Positions 29,170 through 36,079 of a stretch of DNA of 36,079 nucleotides are shown piece after piece. The notes beneath the pieces were generated by a model. The model made no database searches, was not told the DNA's origin, and saw nothing but the letters and a program-made list of their open reading frames with translations. Within the stretch, counting starts at the first letter, position 1; each line of letters starts with the position of its first letter. The DNA is from a virus (lineage: Duplodnaviria > Heunggongvirae > Uroviricota > Caudoviricetes), in the IMG/VR virus record IMGVR_UViG_2690316109_000010; one strand, given 5' to 3'. Position numbers and translations under genes: made by a program.

Positions 29170-29421
29170 TTATTCTTCTGCAAAAGCTGAAAAGCCTGCT
29201 TTTATTCCAATCTCTTTCAGTGCCTGTAATGAAGTGACAAACTCACCTTCGCGCAAGATAAATCCGTCTGTCACTCGACCATCCACAAAATTAATTAACG
29301 CAGCCCCATTCTTTCGCAAACACATGATGCGGTAATGACTAACAAGATTTCCATTTTCAACGCACACAGCATAGAGGCCATCTTCACAAAAAATTTTACG
29401 CAGTTCTTCGATGTTCATCAT
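29170..29421 (-). CDS. Rem-like small prophage protein
   Basis: 83 aa, MMNIEELRKIFCEDGLYAVCVENGNL...; same length and position (next to hok) as Qin Rem as I recall it. Confidence 0.45.
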   Translation of the reverse strand: MMNIEELRKIFCEDGLYAVCVENGNLVSHYRIMCLRKNGAALINFVDGRVTDGFILREGEFVTSLQALKEIGIKAGFSAFAEE

Positions 29422-29540
29422 CAGAATCCTTCCGGATAATTAGCTCTCCCCTTTAAGGGACCATCCCTCTTATCCCTGCGCGCTACTTAAGTATTTTTGA
29501 TTCTATTCCGGCACCGTCCAGAACTTCAAACGCGTTGAAA

Positions 29541-29569
29541 ATAAAAACAAAAACCCGCCGAAGCGGGTT
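29541..29569 (-). terminator. Terminator / 3' structure of the hok mRNA
   Basis: aacccgc-ttcg-gcgggtt hairpin on the minus strand followed by a U-rich tract. Confidence 0.6.
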
Positions 29570-29636
29570 AAGTGCGGGTGCGTTGAGGATGCTGCCACAT
29601 CAGAGGTGGCGAGGGATTTCTCCCTCGCCGGGTCTC

Positions 29637-29792
29637 TTACTCCTCAGGTTCGTAAGCTGTGAAGACAGCGACCTCCGTCTGGCCGGTTCGGATTCGTACC
29701 TCGCAGAGGTCTTTCCTCGTTACCAGTGCCGTCACTATGACGGTTAAACAGATGACGATCAGGGCGATTAACATCGCCTTTTGCTGCTTCAT
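29637..29792 (-). CDS. hok: Hok-family type I toxin (HokD/RelF-like)
   Basis: 51 aa, MKQQKAMLIALIVICLTVIVTALVTRKDLCEVRIRTGQTEVAVFTAYEPEE, a Hok-family membrane toxin; ATG at 29792 after AGGAG; the frame is open upstream to 29849 (mok-like leader). Confidence 0.85.
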   Translation of the reverse strand: MKQQKAMLIALIVICLTVIVTALVTRKDLCEVRIRTGQTEVAVFTAYEPEE

Positions 29793-30354
29793 AGCCTGCT
29801 TCTCCTTGCCTTTCGGCACGTAAGAGGCTAACCTACATGTGTCTAGCATGAAATTGGCCTCAGGTTAATGTTAAGCGTCTTGCCGGACGCGTAATGTTAA
29901 CTGGGGCTTTTCTCTATCTGCCTTTGGTGTTCATGCCTGAGGCAGATAGCCTCAAGCACCCGCAGCAATTCTACTTAACTCACGTCACCTCGCCAATATA
30001 AAATCAATCAGAAAGGCGATCCGTAAGAACAACAGCAAGGCAATAAATTGCCATTACAGCCGCAATAGCTAGCGCACATTTGAGAACCAGCACGACAACC
30101 TCCTGTATTGGACGTACACCAGTCCTGATGAATATGAGGCTGTCTCGTCAGTGATTCAATACAACTATTGGGTATAGTTTCTCTGATTTTTTCTGTGGAA
30201 ATGGGGCTCAACCACTAGTCACCACCAGCACTTCTTTTAATACGCAAAGTCCGACACAAGCTAACCTTCTAGTCCGCTTTGAGCGAGGAGCGGAAGTTTA
30301 TAGACATTTCTTGCACTGCATTGTCTAATCAATTAGGAGCTGGTAACGTGCCCT

Positions 30355-30381
30355 GAGTAAATAAGCCCGCATATGCGGGCG
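30355..30381 (-). terminator. Terminator-like hairpin downstream of the DUF262 gene
   Basis: Palindrome gcccgcatatgcgggc followed by a U-rich stretch on the minus strand, about 40 nt after the stop. Confidence 0.45.
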
Positions 30382-30420
30382 CTATGTACGCTCTGTTTTA
30401 TATGGTGCAAAGTGCCCCGT

Positions 30421-32214
30421 CTATCTGAAACGCTCAAACAGTGCAACCATTCCTTCAGGAGCGATATCTCTGACCTGGGCTCCTTGCCGCTCAACCCACT
30501 TACCAGCTATATGTGAAGGGGTATCCTGACCTAAAATTTCGAAGACGAAAACCGTCTTATCGAAGTATCGAACGCATTTAAGATGAGTGTTTATGTAGGA
30601 CTTAAGCGGTTCTGAAAGTCCTGAGCGTCCTACCCGATCAGAGATGTCTTGGAACATCTGGTCAAGGTTCTTTCCAGCGTGGTTCGCTTCGTGATCAACA
30701 CCAGTTATATGGAAGCCGTTATAAGATAAAGCCTTGCTTCCGAAAATCTCCTGAACTCTTGTTGCAGTATGCGCATTTTCAGCAACCCCTACAAGAACAT
30801 AGCCCTTGTGTCCTCTGCCGATATTAGCAATAGCAGCGCAGGTCTCCATAATTTTTTCGAAGGAGCGTTCATCAAAGGAAGGTGATGGGTCTAAAGTATA
30901 GAAACCTTGTTTAAAATCGTAGGCCGCCTGCTCAGTTATTGAGTTAGTGAGTAAATTTTGGAGCTTCGTGATCCAATGAACTTTTGCAGGATCTGGATTT
31001 TGATCGTTTTCAAAAAAGCCCTGAATCCAACCAATTATTGAATCGACCATTCTACTCCGGTTGTCAGCCCCCCATCTCCCTCCATCTTGAACCTGAATAT
31101 TCCTACCGCAATCTTTCAGCCGCCCAATGAGGCCCGCACTATCTGAAACCACCATACCCCTTTTAATTATCAGGTCATGCATGGCGAGAAAGACCACCTG
31201 AAAGTAACGGGGGACTGGATTACCACCATTTCCGTTAGGAAAAATCAAACCAGAGAATGTCGTTTGAGCCTGACTAAGAAGTAGGATTATCGCATCATGT
31301 ACTCTTTGATAATCAAGATCGACTAGCTCCCCGGTTCTCTTTTTAATAGCTTGATCAATCGCTTCGAATCTTGCTTTGCTGGCTAAAGCTTCCGGGGATA
31401 TTGCTCCATAGTAGTCATCTAGAAGCTCTGTACGCGAGGCCAGAGGTTTGTCAGAAACCATATAAGCAAGAATGTCCGCCACTATCTCTTCATCCCGGCT
31501 CTGTCTTAACTGCTCCTTCGTCAATATTCCGTTAACAATCCAGAAGACGCTATCGGCACTAATGCCGTAGTCTAAATCCTTGTTCGTGATGCTAATTTTT
31601 TTCATCTCGCTTAAGAGCAAGAGATCCGCGTTAGATGTGTCACCACGAACTCTTGCGGAGATCTTCCGAACACATTCCGCAAACACATTTGTAGCACCTG
31701 CTGCACGCAACTCCTGTCGTGAGAGCTGACGTCCACCTGAGTTAATTCGCCTGAACACTTCCTCAACTGAGTCTCTCTCGGCTGCTTCATAAATTGAAAG
31801 CGGGACAGGATATGATGCTATTGCAAGACACTGGCTTCGATCAAGGAGTGGCATCTTCTGATCAATGACTCCGCGATCTAATAGGTCTTTCGTCGTCGCG
31901 AACGTATTTAAATCAAAGTAGAATCCATTAAATGAAAAATCGTTCGAGATAAAAGACATGATGGCATTCATACGCTGCATCCCATCAATAATCTCGAGAG
32001 TGCCGTCTTTTCTCCCAAGAGGTTCTGCTAACAAAATGATAGGTATCGGGAATCCCTTGATTATCGAGTCAATAAAATTTTGTTTTTCCTCAATAGTCCA
32101 AATCAATTTACGTTGATACTGTCGATTCACAACGTATTTTTTATCCTGATAGTTGATAAACACTCGCTCAACTTGTTCGCCACGAACTATTAGTTCTTGT
32201 TGTAACGTTGCCAT
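30421..32214 (-). CDS. DUF262 (ParB-like nuclease/NTPase domain) protein, putative anti-phage defense or Type IV restriction-like enzyme
   Basis: About 597 aa from the ATG at 32214 (AGGACGG Shine-Dalgarno); N-terminal YVVNRQYQRKLIWTIEEKQNFIDSIIKGFPIPIILLA...IIDGMQRMNAI is the DUF262 signature (DGxQR); C-terminal half unassigned (possible DHEANH His-rich motif). AT-rich gene with its own AT-rich upstream region and terminator. Confidence 0.7.
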   Translation of the reverse strand: MATLQQELIVRGEQVERVFINYQDKKYVVNRQYQRKLIWTIEEKQNFIDSIIKGFPIPIILLAEPLGRKDGTLEIIDGMQRMNAIMSFISNDFSFNGFYFDLNTFATTKDLLDRGVIDQKMPLLDRSQCLAIASYPVPLSIYEAAERDSVEEVFRRINSGGRQLSRQELRAAGATNVFAECVRKISARVRGDTSNADLLLLSEMKKISITNKDLDYGISADSVFWIVNGILTKEQLRQSRDEEIVADILAYMVSDKPLASRTELLDDYYGAISPEALASKARFEAIDQAIKKRTGELVDLDYQRVHDAIILLLSQAQTTFSGLIFPNGNGGNPVPRYFQVVFLAMHDLIIKRGMVVSDSAGLIGRLKDCGRNIQVQDGGRWGADNRSRMVDSIIGWIQGFFENDQNPDPAKVHWITKLQNLLTNSITEQAAYDFKQGFYTLDPSPSFDERSFEKIMETCAAIANIGRGHKGYVLVGVAENAHTATRVQEIFGSKALSYNGFHITGVDHEANHAGKNLDQMFQDISDRVGRSGLSEPLKSYINTHLKCVRYFDKTVFVFEILGQDTPSHIAGKWVERQGAQVRDIAPEGMVALFERFR

Positions 32215-32650
32215 TATGTTGCCGTCCTGAGCCATTTATAGAGATATAACGATTAGGCAAAACCTGCCCTACATCACACGTACGTATCATAATAATTGAA
32301 AAGTCATAAAAATAAATATTCTTCTACAGCATCGCCCGGCATACTTCAAATGCACAAAAATAAAACACTATAAATCAATATCTTATGGAATTATTTTTGT
32401 AAAGGTGAATTGAACTTGTTACTCACTAAATTCTCCTGAATTTATGTTTTTTTTGCTAATGGACAATAATGTTGAACTGTAGATATTTGTTTTAATTGGA
32501 ATTAATTTTCGGAAAATGCTCGTATCTATGACAGCTTTTGGCACAAAGCGGACAACCACGCCAGATCTACCCTGTGCCATGAAAAATGAGAATGTCAATT
32601 CACTCTTGAACTAATGCTTTTTAATCTAGTAACGTCTAAAATACCTAACA

Positions 32651-33052
32651 TTATCCCTGATAAAATGCCAGTATGCGCTGCATAACTTCACTCATCCGGC
32701 ACTCGCGACAGATTATGTTTAGGCGACTGTCGTAGCGACGTATTTCTCCATCAGGTAACGACCAGATAAGGTCCGGATCAACCACAGCTGTTTTCTTCAC
32801 CTTTGCCCTCGAGAGTTTTTTGCGGGCGTTTTGCCAGTCCTTACGCGCCTGTTCAGACGGGAATAACCCGTAGCCGGAGTTGTATACATCGCCACTGGCT
32901 ACCAGCTCTCTGGCAAGAACGCTCATCAGATATCTAGTCGCACCTGTTTTAGCTTCCAGTTGCCGTAACGTCTCACGACCGCTCTGGCGCACGAGTTCCA
33001 CCACCTGCCCTTTAATTTTTTCCCGCTCTTCTTGTGTAAAAACTTTTGCCAC
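32651..33052 (-). CDS. Hypothetical protein downstream of the replication gene
   Basis: 133-aa ORF 40 nt after the replication-protein stop; basic, possibly DNA-binding; no family recognised. Confidence 0.4.
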   Translation of the reverse strand: MAKVFTQEEREKIKGQVVELVRQSGRETLRQLEAKTGATRYLMSVLARELVASGDVYNSGYGLFPSEQARKDWQNARKKLSRAKVKKTAVVDPDLIWSLPDGEIRRYDSRLNIICRECRMSEVMQRILAFYQG

Positions 33053-33092
33053 AAGTCCCCCTTAAAATTACCTCATGACCTGAAATCAAAAC

Positions 33093-34058
33093 TTATCCTC
33101 TGAAACCAGGCGGAATTTCTGTATCCGGTTCAGAAATATGATTAACACAACGCTGTACAGGTGAACGCCCCAGGCGGATGACCAGTTCGTCCCATTTTTC
33201 GCGGAGCTTTGACGGGCTCATGATGTTTTTTACCCAGAATGGATCCCGCTGTACCCGACCAAACATTTCACAAATTTGTCTGTGGCTTCTGCCATCCAGC
33301 ATCCGCATTGTGCGCACATCATTGGCCCAGACAGTCCAGTTAGGCTCTTTTGGTCGCATGATCTCGCCATCATCACTGGCGGCCTGTTCGTAGAGACCCA
33401 CGATCCGCCCCCATATCCACTGCGCACACGCCAGATCCTCCTGGCTACCCCACTGGCGTTTTTTCGCACTAAACACAACTGCGCCAGGGTGCCGGATTAA
33501 AAAATCCTGTTCAGCCGTCTGCGGGTCCGGTTGCGAAGCTTCCGGACGAAAAGTGTTTTTATTCTCTGTAGTAATCTCTGTTGTATTCTCTGTAGGATCA
33601 TCGGGCCATTTTGACCCGATGACATTGGGTCGTTTTGAACCAATGGAGCGTTTCATTTTGACCTCTTCCATCGTGTCATTTTGACCTGATGGAGCGGCGC
33701 ATTTTGAACCGATGGATTCGCTCAATTTGCCATCATCTAAAAGCTCGCTCCCATAGTTAATCGTGTAGAAATTGGTCATATCGCGCTTTGATTTATTGAG
33801 CTTTTCACAACGCAAAAGCCCCAGCGTTTTCAGACTTGCAAACGCGCGCTTTAACGTTGACTCTGACCAGAATGGGAACTGTTCCAGCCATTGTTCCGTT
33901 GTGTTGTAAATCCAGCGAACACCATCACATTCCATGCCGGAATTGGTATCTCTCAACCAGTAATGCAACTGCTGCAACACAATGGCTTCATTTAAGCCAA
34001 TCTTCATCGCAAGCTGTGTGTTTATAACCAGTGGGCGTTCAGCAAAAAGAAGGCTCAT
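33093..34058 (-). CDS. Putative phage replication initiation protein (O-like position)
   Basis: About 320 aa from the ATG at 34058; N-terminal winged-helix-like segment and position between the cro-proximal genes and the nin-like region; the track start at 34112 overlaps the upstream gene. Confidence 0.45.
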   Translation of the reverse strand: MSLLFAERPLVINTQLAMKIGLNEAIVLQQLHYWLRDTNSGMECDGVRWIYNTTEQWLEQFPFWSESTLKRAFASLKTLGLLRCEKLNKSKRDMTNFYTINYGSELLDDGKLSESIGSKCAAPSGQNDTMEEVKMKRSIGSKRPNVIGSKWPDDPTENTTEITTENKNTFRPEASQPDPQTAEQDFLIRHPGAVVFSAKKRQWGSQEDLACAQWIWGRIVGLYEQAASDDGEIMRPKEPNWTVWANDVRTMRMLDGRSHRQICEMFGRVQRDPFWVKNIMSPSKLREKWDELVIRLGRSPVQRCVNHISEPDTEIPPGFRG

Positions 34059-34560
34059 AATTCCATCCAGCTTTTTGTTGGTATTGCTGTCGATACGCAA
34101 GTTTGAAAGCAATTGCTTTTTCTATAAGTTCGTCAGTTTCACGATCCACTACGGCAGGATCAGCAAAAAGCAGTCCGGACTCCACCACATCGCCATATTC
34201 TTTGTTTAACCCGGCGATCATGTACGTGATGCTTTTTCCGTCACTAATTTCACGATACAACCTGAAATCACTAATCCGGATAGCCTCCATAATCGCAGGC
34301 ACTAGCGCCGTGAACTTTTCACGCTTATCCCTGGTGTCGATAGCCTTCCAGCGTTCGAATATCTTCACTCGATTAACACCAAGCGCTCGCTGATCAACCG
34401 CGCCACCTTCATCTGTGACACGCTGAACATCGATGTTCGGGCGCTCTTTCAAAGCCCAGAATGCTTCAGTGATTAATATCGTCGCCTGCTCCTGTGTCAT
34501 TCCTGGTCGACATATCCAGGCATCCAGAGCCTCACGAGCCTGTTCAGGAGTGATTTTCAT
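34039..34560 (-). CDS. Hypothetical cro-proximal protein (YdaT-like position)
   Basis: 173-aa ORF with ATG start at 34560, immediately downstream of the Cro-like gene; identity uncertain. Confidence 0.3.
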   Translation of the reverse strand: MKITPEQAREALDAWICRPGMTQEQATILITEAFWALKERPNIDVQRVTDEGGAVDQRALGVNRVKIFERWKAIDTRDKREKFTALVPAIMEAIRISDFRLYREISDGKSITYMIAGLNKEYGDVVESGLLFADPAVVDRETDELIEKAIAFKLAYRQQYQQKAGWNYEPSFC

Positions 34561-34771
34561 TGTTCAACCGCCCCGCCCGCTTCGTCTTACGATATTCATC
34601 ATAAACTTTGGGATCATACTGAAGCTCCCCGCCAGATGCCTCCTGTAGACGCATCGCGCGACCTTCAGGAACCAGTATCCCCCAAGCAGCAACACTTGCC
34701 AGCCTCACTCCTGCGGCATTGGCAAGCTTTGTTTTGCTGCCAAAAAAAGTAATTGCGTCAACTTTAAGCAT
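34544..34771 (-). CDS. Cro/DicC-like small HTH regulator
   Basis: 75 aa from the ATG at 34771 (MLKVDAITFFGSKTKLANAAGVRLASVAAWG...) after AGAGGGGG; divergent from the repressor. The track start at 34804 would place the operator palindrome inside the coding sequence. Confidence 0.7.
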   Translation of the reverse strand: MLKVDAITFFGSKTKLANAAGVRLASVAAWGILVPEGRAMRLQEASGGELQYDPKVYDEYRKTKRAGRLNNENHS

Positions 34772-34785
34772 CAAAGCCCCCCTCT

Positions 34786-34803
34786 TGTTAGACTTTTCTA
34801 ACA
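34786..34803. promoter_or_regulatory. Palindromic operator 1 (TGTTAGA-N4-TCTAACA)
   Basis: Perfect 7-bp half-sites TGTTAGA and TCTAACA around CTTT, in the divergent intergenic region between the repressor and Cro-like genes. Confidence 0.6.
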
Positions 34804-34852
34804 TTATTGTGCGCGGGATACCTAAGTCAAGAAAAATTAGAATTACCTAACT

Positions 34853-35260
34853 ATGGATACAAGAACCCTGGGCCAGCGAGTTCTGGCGCGACGAAAAGAA
34901 TTACGCTTAACACAACGAGAAGCCGCGCGCCTCGCTGGAGTTGCTCACGTCACAATTTCACAATGGGAAAGAGACGAAACCCAGCCAGTCGGAAAACGAT
35001 TGTTTGCTTTAGCGGATGCTCTGAAGTGCTCACCTACATGGCTAATGTTTGGTGACGAAGACAAGGCACCAGTGCCTGCACAAGAACTTCATGTGGAAAC
35101 AGAGCTAACTCCCAACCACAAAGAATTGATCGAATTATTCGATGCTCTTCCATCTTCCGAGCAGGAAGCCTTGCTGTCTGAAATGCGCGCAAGAGTAGAA
35201 AACTTCAACAAACTCTTCGAAGAAATGCTTAAAGCGCGTAAAAATAAATCAATAAAATAA
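34853..35260 (+). CDS. DicA-like HTH_XRE repressor (immunity repressor)
   Basis: 135 aa; helix-turn-helix LTQREAARLAGVAHVTISQWERDETQP and C-terminus ...MRARVENFNKLFEEMLKARKNKSIK resemble E. coli DicA as I recall it; ATG at 34853. Confidence 0.8.
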   Translation: MDTRTLGQRVLARRKELRLTQREAARLAGVAHVTISQWERDETQPVGKRLFALADALKCSPTWLMFGDEDKAPVPAQELHVETELTPNHKELIELFDALPSSEQEALLSEMRARVENFNKLFEEMLKARKNKSIK

Positions 35261-35296
35261 CATTCTTTTCAAGTGATTAGTTGCGCCCACCCTTTT

Positions 35297-35314
35297 TGTT
35301 AGATCAATCTAACA
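35297..35314. promoter_or_regulatory. Palindromic operator 2 (TGTTAGA-N4-TCTAACA)
   Basis: Same half-sites as operator 1 around TCAA, about 35 bp downstream of the repressor stop; a degenerate third copy (TGTTAGG-TTAT-TCTAAAT) lies at 35333-35349. Confidence 0.55.
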
Positions 35315-35428
35315 AAAAACACTTGCCTCTCATGTTAGGTTATTCTAAATTATTTTCCATCAAGACACCGCACGGTGTTCTCAGCAAACAGTTCCGCTAC
35401 CCCGGCGTTAAGGGGAAATGAGGTCAGC

Positions 35429-35584
35429 ATGGATACTATCGATCTTGGCAACAGCGAATCTCTGGTATGTGGCGTGTTCCCCAACCAGGACGGTACGTTC
35501 ACCGCGATGACGTATACCAAAAGCAAAACGTTTAAAACCGAAAATGGTGCCCGTCGCTGGCTGGAAAGAAACCCAGGTGAGTGA
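35429..35584 (+). CDS. YdfA-like small protein
   Basis: 51 aa from the ATG at 35429 (MDTIDLGNSESLVCGVFPNQDGTFTAMTYTKSKTFKTENGARRWLERNPGE) after GAGG; the track start at 35375 is a GTG. Confidence 0.55.
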   Translation: MDTIDLGNSESLVCGVFPNQDGTFTAMTYTKSKTFKTENGARRWLERNPGE

Positions 35585-35585
35585 T

Positions 35586-35714
35586 ATGGATTTCGACACA
35601 ATCATGGAAAAGGCTTACGAAGAATACTTCGAAGGTCTTGCCGACTGCGAAGAAGCTCTCAGCTTCAACGAATTTAAACAGGCGCTTTCCAGTTCGGCAA
35701 AATCTAACGGCTGA
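35586..35714 (+). CDS. YdfB-like small protein (42 aa)
   Basis: ATG at 35586 gives MDFDTIMEKAYEEYFEGLADCEEALSFNEFKQALSSSAKSNG; below the 60-aa cutoff of the ORF track. Confidence 0.5.
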   Translation: MDFDTIMEKAYEEYFEGLADCEEALSFNEFKQALSSSAKSNG

Positions 35715-35743
35715 TAAGCGAAACAGCACCGCGAGGAATCAGT

Positions 35744-35962
35744 ATGCAGAAACGAGAACCCGTCATCATCGCGCCAGACTATACCGATGATGAACTTTAT
35801 GAGTGGATGCGCCAGAAAATTAATGCAGCGCAGGATTTGAAATGGGCCAATGAAACCAGGGCTAAGCAGGCTGAAAATCTGTCCGCTCTGGAGCAGGATA
35901 TCACCAATCTGGAAAAAGCAGCGGCATTAAGCATTGCCAGAATGATTACATACCCGCGTTAG
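35744..35962 (+). CDS. YdfC-like small protein
   Basis: 72 aa, MQKREPVIIAPDYTDDELYEWMRQKINAAQDLKWANETRAKQAENLSALEQ...; ATG after GAGGAA. Confidence 0.55.
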   Translation: MQKREPVIIAPDYTDDELYEWMRQKINAAQDLKWANETRAKQAENLSALEQDITNLEKAAALSIARMITYPR

Positions 35963-36079
35963 TAGCTAATCAACAAAGCTAAGGTTAGTAATTAAGGAGT
36001 TCTCCACGGGTGAGGTGGAGTGCGTGCGCCGGACACGGGTGAGCATCCGGCACTGACAGTTTACTGAAAGGATATTTCC

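Noticed and set aside
30008-30211. 67-aa Cys-rich minus-strand ORF between hok and the DUF262 gene
   Set aside because: No recognisable ribosome-binding site or family; the region more likely holds promoter or antisense-RNA elements of the hok locus.
35962-36079. Possible DicF-like small RNA at the right edge
   Set aside because: The position fits, but the sequence does not match DicF as I recall it and the window ends before the element could be delimited.

Overview
This window is the interior of a mosaic lambdoid prophage of an enterobacterial (E. coli-like) genome; almost every gene is on the minus strand and no integrase or att site is present. All calls rest on reading the six-frame translations against remembered protein families; no searches were run. 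Reading from high to low coordinates: a DicA-like repressor (+) divergent from a Cro/DicC-like gene, with 18-bp palindromic operators; replication-region genes; an AT-rich single-gene island encoding a DUF262 (ParB-like) protein; a hok type I toxin; rem-like, DUF968 and rusA genes; a putative Q antiterminator followed by a candidate pR'/tR' unit; two tRNAs; an AT-rich Q-S cargo region holding an intact IS5 and two tandem lipoproteins whose C-termini resemble TolA domain III; a phage-21-type lysis cassette (pinholin, SAR endolysin, Rz/Rz1); a candidate cos site; then terminase, portal, a ClpP-protease/capsid fusion and a lambda-like tail module (Z U V G/T H M L K I J), lom and a side tail fiber gene truncated at the left edge. 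The two leads most worth follow-up are the TolA-III-like lipoprotein pair in the stx-equivalent position and the DUF262 protein island, which replaces the relBE/flxA segment of the Qin-like early region.
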